Assembly: GCA_964556325.1 (NCBI GenBank)
Contig: CAZKVS010000003.1
Location: 4,219-68,218 of the forward strand
Source of the DNA: an uncultured Candidatus Saccharibacteria bacterium
Lineage (GTDB): Bacteria > Patescibacteriota > Doudnabacteria > UBA920
Direction of reading: 5' to 3'
DNA: 64,000 bases
Shown: positions 1 to 10,064 of the stretch, in pieces
Layout: each line of letters starts with the position of its first letter
How positions within the stretch are numbered: position 1 is the stretch's first letter
Notes under the pieces: model-generated
What the model was told of the DNA's origin: nothing
The model's database searches: none
Seen by the model: the letters and a program-made list of their open reading frames with translations, nothing else
Position numbers and translations under genes: made by a program

Positions 1-276
1 CGTAACCCTGATTTAATTATTTTTGACGAAGCCACTAGCGCACTCGACTCTCTCACCGAAGAAGAAATTACCCATACCATAAAGGAGATTAAAAAAGAAC
101 GGCCCAATCTTATAACCGTTCTGGTCGCTCACCGGTTGTCTACTATAGTACATAGCGATACCATCTTCGTGCTTGAAAAAGGAAAAATCGCTGAGTCAGG
201 CAACCATCAACAGCTCCTAGACAAAAAAGGATTGTATGCAGCGTTGTGGAGACAACAGATAGCAGCACGGGAATAA
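1..276 (+). CDS. ABC transporter ATP-binding protein, C-terminal fragment (5' end off-window)
   Basis: Frame 1 translates RNPDLIIFDEATSALD...LVAHRLSTI...(Walker B/D-loop/H-loop of ABC ATPase), stop TAA at 274-276. Confidence 0.7.
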   Translation, partial: RNPDLIIFDEATSALDSLTEEEITHTIKEIKKERPNLITVLVAHRLSTIVHSDTIFVLEKGKIAESGNHQQLLDKKGLYAALWRQQIAARE

Positions 277-393
277 CACGTTACATGAATTTATACATTT
301 TATACTTTGCACGGCCACTCAAAATATAAAATACAGAATATTGAACACCGGCACACTCCCGTGACCCCTTAACAAACTTAGCCCTCATAAAAC

Positions 394-428
394 AGACTCT
401 TCGTTTAAAACAAAGAGTCTCTTTTTTG
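394..428 (+). terminator. rho-independent terminator-like hairpin
   Basis: agactctt/aagagtct 8-bp stem, 10-nt loop, followed by cttttttg. Confidence 0.45.
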
Positions 429-838
429 TCTGAAGACTTTCCGCATGCTTGACAATTGACCCGGGAGCATTTAGCATACCAGGTTGCGCCTTCGTCATCC
501 GGCATAGCTGGCGCAATATATAAATCACCAACCGGAGAAAAAGCCGTGGAACCAAAAAAGTCGGCCAAGCCAAGGTCGAATGAAGTTAAAAAATACCACA
601 AGTGTCCTTGTGGCTTTAGCAAAGAAATTAGGGGTGGCCGAGTTAAAATCGGCGATAAAGCCCAAATGCCAAAACACTCAGCCGTGGACGGAGGAAATAA
701 CAGCCAGACAAATCTCTGCCGAAATGTCGGCAGTTTCTATTATGTCAAAGACAAGGATGGAAACCTCTAACGATGTCTGGTCAAAAACTTCAAGAGAATC
801 CACATGCTGGATTCTCTTGAATCATTTTATCGCGTTTT

Positions 839-1378
839 TTACTTCTGCGCTTTTATTTTTTCTATTTCATCAATCAACCGGGCAAGGGTAAGTTCAATTT
901 TGTCTAATGACTCTCGACTCATGCGATCCCGATGTTGCTCTGCTGTTTCGCCTTCGGTTATATCCTCCACATCTTCCGCAATTTCATCAACATCTTTTTG
1001 TACTTCATCAATATCAGCCTGAATTTCGTCCACGTCTTTTTGTACTTCTTCCACGTCTTCGGCAATCTCACCCACATCTTCTTGGACCTCATCAATGTCC
1101 TTCTGAATCTCATCTATATCTTCTTCCACTTCTTCCAAACTGGCCGTGTTCCGGTTCACCGTCATCTGAATAAAGATAGCTAAGTAAATAGCCTCTAAAG
1201 ACACGACTGTTGTGAGTACAAGCAACATTTTTTCAAATGAAACGCCGAATAATACTGACACAAAACAGGCAGCGAACAAAATAGTATGCACTATGAGCGA
1301 CGAAGTTGAGCCTACCCAATCGGTAAACCCTAACGCTAAACGTTCAAAACCTGCTTCTGGTTTTTGCTTCTTTACCAT
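839..1378 (-). CDS. two-TM membrane protein with acidic 10-residue tandem-repeat coiled-coil tail (hypothetical)
   Basis: ORF 179 aa; hydrophobic N-terminal segments then DIDEIQKDIDEVQEDVGEIAEDVEEVQKDVDEIQADIDEVQKDVDEIAEDVEDI. Confidence 0.5.
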   Translation of the reverse strand: MVKKQKPEAGFERLALGFTDWVGSTSSLIVHTILFAACFVSVLFGVSFEKMLLVLTTVVSLEAIYLAIFIQMTVNRNTASLEEVEEDIDEIQKDIDEVQEDVGEIAEDVEEVQKDVDEIQADIDEVQKDVDEIAEDVEDITEGETAEQHRDRMSRESLDKIELTLARLIDEIEKIKAQK

Positions 1379-1404
1379 AGTTATGCCTTTCTACCTACCA
1401 CATT

Positions 1405-1440
1405 AAAAACAGTATGTGTTTCCAAGAAACATACTGTTTT
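1405..1440. terminator. near-palindromic hairpin aaaacagtatgtgtttc..gaaacatactgtttt (bidirectional terminator)
   Basis: inverted repeat flanked by A/T runs between convergent/adjacent minus genes. Confidence 0.45.
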
Positions 1441-1648
1441 ACTATTTGTAAATTGCCATCCAGAACGTGGGTAAAGAATCTTTGAGAATTCCGCAAGAAA
1501 TACCTTGCCCCGTTCAATATGAACAACGTAACTATTATACTATAAACTAGTATAATTGTCCAGTATTGAGTGGCGTTTATAGCACCGCCCGGTCTTCTTG
1601 CTCTCCTCCTAGGATAGGAGGGGGATAAAACCCGTTGGAGAAGTACCA

Positions 1649-3079
1649 CTACACAAATAAAGCAATAATAGTGGCAACCCCGGCCACAGCCATGAGGCTC
1701 GTAATTATAAGTCCGAGTGTACGAGTAACTGGTTTACTCACATGCTCCCCCATTACTTTCTGGTTACTACTCAAACCCACAATCAAAACCAGCACTACCG
1801 GCGCTACTATACCATTGGCAACCGCTGAATAAATAAGCGCTTTAATCGGGTCTAACCCAATAAAATTCAGCAACAAGCCCACAAGCATGGAAACAATTAT
1901 TACCCCATAGAATGCATGAGCTTGTTGCCATTTACGGTACAATCCTTCTTTCCAGCCAAAACTTTCAGACATCGCGTAGGAAGCCGAACCCGCTAAGACT
2001 GGTACCGCAAGCAAGCCAGTACCTATAATACCTACCGCGAATAATAGGTAGGCTGCATTACCAGCTATGGGCTTCAGCGCAAGTACTGCATCTGCAGCGG
2101 TGTCAATATTTGTGATTCCGGCAGTAAACAAGGTCGCTGCGCAGGTCATAATAATAAAAAACATGACCACATTAGACAAAAACATACCCGACCACACGTC
2201 TACCCGCATTTGTTTTATTTCTCGTGGAGTTGTAATTTGCTGACGCGCCTCTATAGATGTCTTACCGTGTAAAATTTCTTCTTCTACTTCCTGGGAAGTC
2301 TGCCAGAAAAATAAATATGGAGAAATGGTGGTGCCCAAAATACCACAGACTAAAAATATTTGTTCTCGAGAAAAGCTAATGCTCGGTATGGTGGCGTGAC
2401 TCAGCACGGACTTCCAATCCACTGAGACACTCAATCCGGAAAATATATACGCTAAAAGCACGAGCGCTAAATATTTTAAAATACGTGCATAGCTCGCGTA
2501 GGTACTAAAAATTTGCAGCACCAAACAGAGCACTGTAAAGCCCACCACCAAAAGCGAAAAGCTTACAGAGGGTAAAAATAATTGAACACCCTTAGCCATG
2601 GCCCCTAAATCTGCTCCTATATTAAAGGCATTGGCGCCAAACAAGAGCGCAGTGCAGGTGTATAACACCCATCGCGGGTAGTGCATTCGGATGTTTGCTG
2701 CCAAGCCCCGACCGGTAACCAAACCAATGCGTGCGCACATTTCTTGGACCACGGCCATGAGCGGAAACGTAAAAACCGCCAACCACAAGAGTTGGTAACC
2801 ATACTGCGCACCGGTCTGGGAATAGGTTGCTATACCGGACGGATCATCATCCGATGCCCCTGTGGTCAGCCCTGGCCCGAGCATGTGCCAATATTCTTTT
2901 GTTTTTTCTAGCGGACTTGACGCAAACGAACTACTTCCAGTTTGTTTCATGACCGGCCCGACCGAAGAACGCTCTAAAGTTTCTCGCTCTTCAATCCTGC
3001 GGCGGAGTTTTGCCATAGATGCACTTAAACAACTACATACAGTATAACAAATTTCGAATCTCTTCACAGGTTGAAACAA
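1649..3079 (-). CDS. mntH: NRAMP-family divalent metal (Mn2+/Fe2+) transporter
   Basis: 476 aa multi-TM; GPGLTTGASDDDPSGIATYSQTGAQYGYQLLW motif typical of Nramp/MntH. Confidence 0.8.
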   Translation of the reverse strand: MFQPVKRFEICYTVCSCLSASMAKLRRRIEERETLERSSVGPVMKQTGSSSFASSPLEKTKEYWHMLGPGLTTGASDDDPSGIATYSQTGAQYGYQLLWLAVFTFPLMAVVQEMCARIGLVTGRGLAANIRMHYPRWVLYTCTALLFGANAFNIGADLGAMAKGVQLFLPSVSFSLLVVGFTVLCLVLQIFSTYASYARILKYLALVLLAYIFSGLSVSVDWKSVLSHATIPSISFSREQIFLVCGILGTTISPYLFFWQTSQEVEEEILHGKTSIEARQQITTPREIKQMRVDVWSGMFLSNVVMFFIIMTCAATLFTAGITNIDTAADAVLALKPIAGNAAYLLFAVGIIGTGLLAVPVLAGSASYAMSESFGWKEGLYRKWQQAHAFYGVIIVSMLVGLLLNFIGLDPIKALIYSAVANGIVAPVVLVLIVGLSSNQKVMGEHVSKPVTRTLGLIITSLMAVAGVATIIALFV

Positions 3080-3107
3080 AGCCCAGAAACTTTTATACTA
3101 TGAACTT

Positions 3108-4085
3108 ATGAATCGAGGCTTCTGGGACACGCTTCCTAAACCATTTTTTGTTCTCGCACCCATGTACGACGTCACGGACGTCGCTTTTCGGCAAGTGGTT
3201 GCCCAGTGCGGAAGGCCGGATGTTTTTTTCACTGAGTTTGTTTCTACCGATGGACTCATGAGCGCCGGACGAGAACGCTTAGCCCATCATCTTCTTAAAG
3301 AAAAATTTGAGTCTCCCCTCGTAGCCCAGGTATTTGGCGCAAAACCAGATAAATTTCGAGAAACCGCGACATACATACACAGTCTCGGTTTTGACGGCAT
3401 GGACATAAACATGGGCTGTCCGGACAAAAATATTATTAAAGGAGGCTCATGCGCGGCCTTATTTAGGACACCAGAATTGGCCCGGGATATTATATACGCG
3501 GCAAAAGAAGGCGCGGGCAATATGCCGGTCTCGGTTAAAATTCGAATTGGCGATACTAAGGTGGATTGGGAACACTGGATAGGCACACTGCTCGAAGCGA
3601 AACCGGTCGCCATTTCTATCCATTTACGTACCAGAAAAGAAATGTCCAAAGTTCCTGCTCACTGGGAACTCATGCCGAACATTGTACACGCCATTCATCA
3701 AAATACGACTCCGGAAGACAGACCTCTCATAATAGGCAACGGCGACGTACTAACGCTGGGAGAAGCAAAAGAAAAGATATCAACTTCCGACTGTGATGGC
3801 ATAATGATTGGTCGGGGGGTATTTCAAAACCCCTGGGTCTTTGCAGAAGACGAGCCCCTGGTGCACCCCCTGGAAGAAAAGGCTCAATTACTACTCACCC
3901 ACGCTCGCCTCTATGAACACTACTTTGCAGGCAAGAAGCCTTTTGAACCCCTCAAACGGTTTTATAAAATTTATATTAACGGAGTGCCCCAAGCAGCTGA
4001 GCTCCGGGAGGAGCTCTATAAAGCCAGCACGGCCGAAGAAATAGAAGCAATTCTCACCCAACACAAGCTTCTCCCCTCTCTCTAA
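3108..4085 (+). CDS. dus: tRNA-dihydrouridine synthase
   Basis: 325 aa; FVLAPMYDVTDVAFRQV N-terminus, TIM-barrel Dus family. Confidence 0.85.
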   Translation: MNRGFWDTLPKPFFVLAPMYDVTDVAFRQVVAQCGRPDVFFTEFVSTDGLMSAGRERLAHHLLKEKFESPLVAQVFGAKPDKFRETATYIHSLGFDGMDINMGCPDKNIIKGGSCAALFRTPELARDIIYAAKEGAGNMPVSVKIRIGDTKVDWEHWIGTLLEAKPVAISIHLRTRKEMSKVPAHWELMPNIVHAIHQNTTPEDRPLIIGNGDVLTLGEAKEKISTSDCDGIMIGRGVFQNPWVFAEDEPLVHPLEEKAQLLLTHARLYEHYFAGKKPFEPLKRFYKIYINGVPQAAELREELYKASTAEEIEAILTQHKLLPSL

Positions 4086-4153
4086 TACCCCTCCGAGCGC
4101 CCATCGCCGAAGGGGTTAAATTTTGGTATGATACAAACAATAATCACTATAAT

Positions 4154-4534
4154 ATGGCCACCCGGTTAGTTATTGATCACATTGTTATCTCGGTCTCCGA
4201 CCTTACTAAAAGCACCAAGTTCTATAGTGCTTTTTTAGGCAAGCCAAAGCAAGGAAAAGAAGATGTGCATTTTGTACTGGGGTCAACCAAACTCTTTCTC
4301 ACTTCGCCATACAAGCAATCTGCTAAAAAATTCGACAAGCACAATATTGGACTGAACCATATTGCCTTGCAAATGAAAAGCTTGCCCATGCTACGCAGCT
4401 ACGTGCAAAAGTTGGACAAGGCACGCATTGCTCACAGCAGCATTCAAATAGATACCTTTAGCCTCAAACAGTTTGTACATTTTGACGACCCCGATGGCAT
4501 GAGACTAGAACTATACATTCGTAAATTGATTTAA
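4154..4534 (+). CDS. VOC/glyoxalase-family protein
   Basis: 126 aa, VIDHIVISVSDLTKSTKFYSAFLG glyoxalase-like N-terminus. Confidence 0.55.
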   Translation: MATRLVIDHIVISVSDLTKSTKFYSAFLGKPKQGKEDVHFVLGSTKLFLTSPYKQSAKKFDKHNIGLNHIALQMKSLPMLRSYVQKLDKARIAHSSIQIDTFSLKQFVHFDDPDGMRLELYIRKLI

Positions 4535-4544
4535 ATATATACGT

Positions 4545-5240
4545 ATGCATGACAACCTGCACCCGGAACAACATTTTACTGCAAGTAAGACAGTTCGCGA
4601 CATAATTATTGGCATGGCCGATGGTTTAACAGTCCCCTTTGCTTTGGCGGCGGGACTTTCTGGCGCAGTAGACCACACCTCTATTATAGTAGTGGCGGGC
4701 TTAGCAGAAATTGCCGGAGGCTCTATCTCTATGGGCCTGGGTGGTTACTTGGCGGCAAAAAATGAAGTAGACCACTACAACCACGAAAAAAAGCGGGAAC
4801 ACGAAGAAATTGTGCATATGCCGGAAAGAGAACGGCAAGAAGTTGCGCATATATTTGCAGGATACGGCCTGAGCGATCAGGAGATTGCACCCATACTCAA
4901 CAAACTCACCCAAAATCCAGACACCTGGGTGGACTTTATGATGCGCTATGAATTAAACCTAGAAGAACCAGATAAGCATCGAGTATACAAAAGCGCCCTC
5001 ACTATAGCGGTATCATATCTTTTAGGAGGCATTGTACCGCTCCTTCCATACATGTTCACGAACTCTCCTCGTGCTGCGTTGTTGGATTCTGCGTTGTTAA
5101 CCCTTGCTGCTCTCTTTGTGTTTGGGTATGGCAAAGCCAGACTTATTGGTGCTCGCCCATTTGTTGGGGCCATACAAACTACAGCGCTGGGAGGCGTGGC
5201 AGCCAGTGCAGCCTACGGCCTGGCTCGATTATTTAGTTAA
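4545..5240 (+). CDS. VIT1/CCC1-family iron/manganese transporter
   Basis: 231 aa; GMADGLTVPFALAAGLSGA and C-terminal TM helices. Confidence 0.75.
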   Translation: MHDNLHPEQHFTASKTVRDIIIGMADGLTVPFALAAGLSGAVDHTSIIVVAGLAEIAGGSISMGLGGYLAAKNEVDHYNHEKKREHEEIVHMPERERQEVAHIFAGYGLSDQEIAPILNKLTQNPDTWVDFMMRYELNLEEPDKHRVYKSALTIAVSYLLGGIVPLLPYMFTNSPRAALLDSALLTLAALFVFGYGKARLIGARPFVGAIQTTALGGVAASAAYGLARLFS

Positions 5241-5251
5241 TAATACTTACT

Positions 5252-5851
5252 ATGAAAATTACATCCGCAGACTTCAAAAAAGGTATAACCGGAGAAGACG
5301 ACATTCTCTTCGAAGAAACTCCACAAGTGGCGTTTATTGGCCGTTCCAATGTAGGCAAGTCCAGTGTCATTAATTCCTTGGTGGAACGTCGTGACTTAGC
5401 ACACTCCAGCCCACGACCCGGCCGCACACGAGAGGTCAACTTTTTTTTAATAAATAAATCGTTCTATTTGGTAGACTTACCGGGCTATGGTTATGCCGAA
5501 GGCTCCTGGGAAAAGCGGGATGCGCTTATTCAGCTCATCCACTGGTACTTACAACACCCGGAAGCAAACATCCGTAAAGTGGTATTAATAATAGACGCGA
5601 AAGTTGGCTTAACGGAGAACGACCGCAACATGCTTGCGCTTTTGGAACAACACAAACGTCGCATAGTTGTCATTGCAAATAAAATAGACAAGCTAAAACC
5701 AAACGATCTTAAAAAAAGTTTGGCGGCCATACAAACTGAAGTTGGCGACCACAGGCTCATCCCCTACTCTGCAGAAAAGAAAATTGGCGTAGGGCTCCTA
5801 ACGGATGAGATTCAACGGAAAGAAAAAGCATTAGTAATTAGTAAGGAGTAA
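5252..5851 (+). CDS. engB: ribosome biogenesis GTPase EngB/YsxC
   Basis: FIGRSNVGKSSVINSL G1 motif, ~200 aa. Confidence 0.8.
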   Translation: MKITSADFKKGITGEDDILFEETPQVAFIGRSNVGKSSVINSLVERRDLAHSSPRPGRTREVNFFLINKSFYLVDLPGYGYAEGSWEKRDALIQLIHWYLQHPEANIRKVVLIIDAKVGLTENDRNMLALLEQHKRRIVVIANKIDKLKPNDLKKSLAAIQTEVGDHRLIPYSAEKKIGVGLLTDEIQRKEKALVISKE

Positions 5852-5896
5852 TTAGTAATAAGAGTTACGACATAAATACACAGTCTCTTATTCTCT

Positions 5897-7171
5897 TTGC
5901 TTCCTACTGATTACTATTTACTTATTACTACTATGACATTTGACGTAATCGTAATAGGCGGCGGCCCTGCGGGTATGATGGCTGCGGGCAGAGCGGCTGA
6001 GCTTGGTGCCAAAGTTTTGCTCTTGGAAAAAAACCCAAAGCTTGGCAAAAAACTGCTCATCACTGGCGGCGGCCGGTGTAACATTACCAATGCGGAACTT
6101 GATGTACGCAAAATGGTAGCCAAGTATGGACCTAAAGGTAAGGCTCTCTTTGGTTCGTTTAGCCGTTTTGGCGTGGCTGAATCTTTGGCGTTCTTCAATG
6201 AGCGAGGTCTCCCCACTAAAGTAGAGGCGGAGCAACGCGCGTTTCCGCAAAGCAATAAAGCCGAAGATGTATGGAAGACACTCGTGGCGTATTTAAAAAC
6301 CGGGAAAGTCACAATCCACTACGACTCTCCGGTATCGGAGATACTCACACACGATAAAACCATTATCGGCGTACGGGTTAAAAAAAATGTTCTAACTGCA
6401 AAAAAGTATATTATTGCCACCGGTGGCAAGTCTCGACCGGAAACCGGCTCCACCGGCGAAGGTTTTGTATGGATGAAAGATATCGGCCATACTGTGACTG
6501 AGCCAAACGCCGCCTTGGTCCCCGTTACCACCAAAGAACAATGGCAAAAAGAACTTTCCGGTTTAAGCTTTCCAAACGCTAAACTGACTATAGTACAAGA
6601 TGGTAAAAAGGTAGAAAGCAAAATTGGTAAATTGCTATTTACCCATTTCGGCTTAAGTGGACCACTAGTGCTCAATATGAGCAAAACCATTCGTGACTTG
6701 TATACCTACTCTCCGGTAAGTCTAGAGCTAGACCTGTACCCTCAGTTCGACGCGGTTGCATTAGATGCGCATATCTTGAGCATTCTGCAAGCCGGTGCTA
6801 ACAAAAAAATCCGCAACAATTTAGGAAACGTAGTGCCACCGAAAATGATCTCTGCGCTCCTTGCGCTAACCGGCATTAACCCGGAAAAAGAATGTAACGT
6901 AGTAACTAAAACAGAACGGAGTACACTAGTGAAGCAGCTTAAACAGTTCATGCTTACCGTAACCGGTTTTTTGGGCACTGACAAAGCCGTTACCACTTCA
7001 GGCGGAGTAAGTCTAAAAGAAATAGACTTTAAAACAATGCAGTCCAAACTGTACGCCAACCTCTATTTAGTTGGTGACATCTTGGACTTTGACCGTCCAT
7101 CCGGCGGCTTCTCTCTCCAAATTTGCTGGACCACAGGCTACCTGGCCGGGGAGAACGCCGCACGCTTTTAA
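5897..7171 (+). CDS. NAD(P)/FAD-dependent oxidoreductase, HI0933/BaiN-like flavoprotein
   Basis: FDVIVIGGGPAGMMAAGRAAELGAKVLLLEKNPKLGKKLLITGGGRCNITN. Confidence 0.8.
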   Translation: MLPTDYYLLITTMTFDVIVIGGGPAGMMAAGRAAELGAKVLLLEKNPKLGKKLLITGGGRCNITNAELDVRKMVAKYGPKGKALFGSFSRFGVAESLAFFNERGLPTKVEAEQRAFPQSNKAEDVWKTLVAYLKTGKVTIHYDSPVSEILTHDKTIIGVRVKKNVLTAKKYIIATGGKSRPETGSTGEGFVWMKDIGHTVTEPNAALVPVTTKEQWQKELSGLSFPNAKLTIVQDGKKVESKIGKLLFTHFGLSGPLVLNMSKTIRDLYTYSPVSLELDLYPQFDAVALDAHILSILQAGANKKIRNNLGNVVPPKMISALLALTGINPEKECNVVTKTERSTLVKQLKQFMLTVTGFLGTDKAVTTSGGVSLKEIDFKTMQSKLYANLYLVGDILDFDRPSGGFSLQICWTTGYLAGENAARF

Positions 7172-7204
7172 TTCCGCATTTTTCATAACTTAAATCCTCG
7201 CTAT

Positions 7205-7774
7205 ATGACAATCAAGCAAAAACTGTACACAGTGTGCGGAATAATTATTGCCATCGCAGTTGCGCATGTGGCGGTGTTTTGGTACGTGGGACTGCACGAC
7301 ACAACCCATAAAGCGGACGTGATAGTTGTTCTTGGCAACACCGTGAATCCGGACGGCAGTATGTCCGACCGACTAAAAGGTAGATTAGATAAAGGCTTGG
7401 AACTCTATCGAGCAAACTACGCTCCGCTTATTATGGTAAACGGCGGGATGGGCAAAGAGGGTTATAACGAAGCTCAGGTTATGCAGCAATATTTACTCAC
7501 TCAAAAAGTGCCAGCGGAAAAAATTATAGTAGACGACACCGGCATAAACACGCTCGCCACCGCGCAGCATGCCAAGGACCTACTAACCAAACGCAACTTA
7601 CACTCTACCATAGTGGTTACACAGTTCTTTCACATACTCCGCAGCGAGTACGCTTTCCATAAGGTAGGCATTACGGAAGTATACCGTGCCCACGCAAACT
7701 TTTACGAAATCCGCGACCTCTATGCTACCGCCCGGGAAATAATTGCTTTTTACGACTACCTCCTTTTCCGCTAA
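7205..7774 (+). CDS. DUF218/YdcF (ElyC/SanA-like) domain membrane-anchored protein
   Basis: N-terminal TM, VIVVLGNTVNPDGSMSDRLKGRLDKGLELYRANYAPLIMVNGG. Confidence 0.6.
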   Translation: MTIKQKLYTVCGIIIAIAVAHVAVFWYVGLHDTTHKADVIVVLGNTVNPDGSMSDRLKGRLDKGLELYRANYAPLIMVNGGMGKEGYNEAQVMQQYLLTQKVPAEKIIVDDTGINTLATAQHAKDLLTKRNLHSTIVVTQFFHILRSEYAFHKVGITEVYRAHANFYEIRDLYATAREIIAFYDYLLFR

Positions 7775-7783
7775 CATACCCAC

Positions 7784-8434
7784 ATGAAAAAGCTTAATGC
7801 TACGCCGTCAGAGTTTGTTAACTTACCCACCAACATCTCACCCGCTAATGCTGATATCGAAAGTGCCGGCGAGTATGAGGCAGTTCGGTTCACAGACATT
7901 GACCTCAAAAATATCGAACTCTATGACTTGCGGTTTGATGACTGCGCATTTGAGGGTGGGAGTTTAAGTTCGAGCAAAGTCACCGGCATTAGACTCAAAA
8001 ATGTTCGGCTCAACGAAGTTGACTTGGCAAACACAAAGTTTGATAAAGCTTCGCTGGAAAATATAAAGTTCATCAAGTGCCGCATGACGGGGTTCAAGCT
8101 CATAGAAGGAACTCTTCGCAACGTACTGTTTAAAAACTGCCAGCTCAAACTGTCCCAACTCCGCATGAGCAAGTTCAAAAACGTACGCTTTGAAAACTGC
8201 ATTCTAGAAGAAAGCGAATTTTATGGCGCTGACCTCACCGGTACAATATTTTCTGAATGCGATTTAACCAAAGCCGAACTCACTGCGACTAAACTCAAAG
8301 ACGCAGATTTTAGAACATCCAAAATTCCCGGTCTGACTATAAACATAGAAAGCCTCCAAGGTGCCATCATTGACCCCTCCCAAATACCCGACCTCGCCTG
8401 GCTCTTAGGCGTAACAATTGAATGGAAAGAATAA
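7784..8434 (+). CDS. pentapeptide-repeat protein
   Basis: tandem A(D/N)LxF-type pentapeptides through most of 216 aa. Confidence 0.75.
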   Translation: MKKLNATPSEFVNLPTNISPANADIESAGEYEAVRFTDIDLKNIELYDLRFDDCAFEGGSLSSSKVTGIRLKNVRLNEVDLANTKFDKASLENIKFIKCRMTGFKLIEGTLRNVLFKNCQLKLSQLRMSKFKNVRFENCILEESEFYGADLTGTIFSECDLTKAELTATKLKDADFRTSKIPGLTINIESLQGAIIDPSQIPDLAWLLGVTIEWKE

Positions 8435-8954
8435 TTATCCTATGAAAAAAATTATCATCGTATCAGGACTACCCGGCTCCGGCAAAAGCACTGTCGCTGA
8501 AGACATTGCAGCAAAGCTAAAACTACCTATCTTCTCCGTCGATCCGATTGAATCTTCTATCATTCAAAGCGGTATACAAAAGAGTTTTGAAACAGGCTTA
8601 GCGGCTTACTTAGTGGCCCAAACCCTTGCCTCCGAGCAACTTAGCCTTGGACTCTCTGTAATCATCGACGCGGTCAGCCCCGTCCAGGAGGCCCGGACGA
8701 TGTGGCAGGAGCTATCTGAACAGTACAAGACTCAGCTCATAATTATTGAGTGTACGCTGGATAGAGAATTGCACAGACAAAGAATAGAAGCCCGCATACG
8801 TAATATGCATGGCATACCGGAAGTTACGTGGGATGACGTCGAAGAAAGACGTAAAGAATATCTGCCATGGGCAGAAAAAAGACTAGTATTAGATACGGCC
8901 CATAGTCGTGAGGAAAACTTAAATAAAGCTCTTGACTATATTAATAAGCAATAA
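8418..8954 (+). CDS. P-loop kinase (AAA_33-like ATP-binding protein)
   Basis: IIIVSGLPGSGKSTVAEDIA Walker A, 178 aa. Confidence 0.6.
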   Translation: MNGKNNYPMKKIIIVSGLPGSGKSTVAEDIAAKLKLPIFSVDPIESSIIQSGIQKSFETGLAAYLVAQTLASEQLSLGLSVIIDAVSPVQEARTMWQELSEQYKTQLIIIECTLDRELHRQRIEARIRNMHGIPEVTWDDVEERRKEYLPWAEKRLVLDTAHSREENLNKALDYINKQ

Positions 8955-8987
8955 GTAACGCAACTAGTTTATTAAACTAATTTAGCC

Positions 8988-9548
8988 ATGGAGCTCTCAA
9001 CATACCATCAAAAATATGCGGCCCAACCGGACGCAGAAATAGATAAGAAGATTGCGGCAAAACGGTCGGAGCTAGAAGCCGTATTCAGCACCTTATCCCC
9101 CGCTTTTGAGCAGGCACCTCTTAAAGTTGCAGTACTTGGCTGTGGCGACAAACGCTTCGTAGAAAAACATAGAGAGCTATTTTCGTCACTCCTGCAACAA
9201 CCAATTGAACTAACCACGTTTGATATTACCACCGACCACTTGGGGGGAGCAGAAGGAGTAATACGTCACGACTGCGCACTCCCCCTACCCAACGGCCCGT
9301 ATGACATAACCTATGCACACGTACTGCTCAAATTTATAGAACCGACAAAGCAAGTAGATGTGCTTTATAATTCATACCAAGCCCTACACGAGCACGGACT
9401 TGCTATACATATCCTGGATACACAAGACTATGCAGAAAAGCACCCGCTCGTCGACTTAGTCACCCACAAAACTTTGCTCCGAGCTAAAAACATAGCATTT
9501 ACAGAAATCCCGGTGCACTACGGCCTCGCTTTAGTACTTCACAACTAA
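8988..9548 (+). CDS. hypothetical protein, possible class I SAM-methyltransferase-like fold
   Basis: LKVAVLGCGDKRF resembles motif I; otherwise unrecognised. Confidence 0.35.
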   Translation: MELSTYHQKYAAQPDAEIDKKIAAKRSELEAVFSTLSPAFEQAPLKVAVLGCGDKRFVEKHRELFSSLLQQPIELTTFDITTDHLGGAEGVIRHDCALPLPNGPYDITYAHVLLKFIEPTKQVDVLYNSYQALHEHGLAIHILDTQDYAEKHPLVDLVTHKTLLRAKNIAFTEIPVHYGLALVLHN

Positions 9549-9599
9549 CATCTCTACGGTGCCAAAGAGTGCCTTTGACACTTTGGCACAAGATAAAAT

Positions 9600-10064
9600 A
9601 TGAAAAGACTTATTCTGGTTCGGTACGGCAACTGGGAAAATGGACATTTGAATGAAGAAGGCAAGCAGGTCATGACTGCTGCCGCGTTAAAACTGGAACC
9701 GTTTGCCGTTGATTCGTTTACCGTAATAGCAGGCTCAGTAGACAGGGCTATAGAAAGTGCAAACATTATTGCCGCGCATTTTAATTTGCCTGCAGCGCAA
9801 TCTTTCCCCGAACTCTATGCCGCGGAAGAAGATGGGCACTTACCCAACCTCGCAGCGGCGACGCATGTAATTACAAAGCTCGGCTCACAGTATGACACCG
9901 TCATTGCCGTTGTGTCGCGTGAATACATAGAATCCTTACCGGGATATATCATGCGCAACACTATGGACGTGGAGGCGCCTACGGAGCCCGTTCACTTAGA
10001 CCGCGGAGAATTGCTGGTACTGGACTATGAAGCAAAAACCATAACAATACACCGCCATGATTAA
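9600..10064 (+). CDS. hypothetical protein
   Basis: 154-aa ORF with good coding character, no recognised motif. Confidence 0.35.
   Translation: MKRLILVRYGNWENGHLNEEGKQVMTAAALKLEPFAVDSFTVIAGSVDRAIESANIIAAHFNLPAAQSFPELYAAEEDGHLPNLAAATHVITKLGSQYDTVIAVVSREYIESLPGYIMRNTMDVEAPTEPVHLDRGELLVLDYEAKTITIHRHD

Noticed and set aside
907-1183. Plus-strand ORFs (907-1173, 932-1183) inside the acidic-repeat gene
   Set aside because: They are antisense shadows of the 30-nt periodic repeat. Low-complexity His/Pro/Leu translation, no start context.
1395-1649. 84-aa minus ORF starting with GTG immediately after the NRAMP stop
   Set aside because: No RBS, Arg/Pro-rich, and it spans the terminator hairpin. Treated as non-coding 3' region.
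2617-3047. Several 60-76-aa ORFs inside or antisense to the NRAMP gene
   Set aside because: Fully nested in a strongly supported transporter CDS. Compositionally odd.
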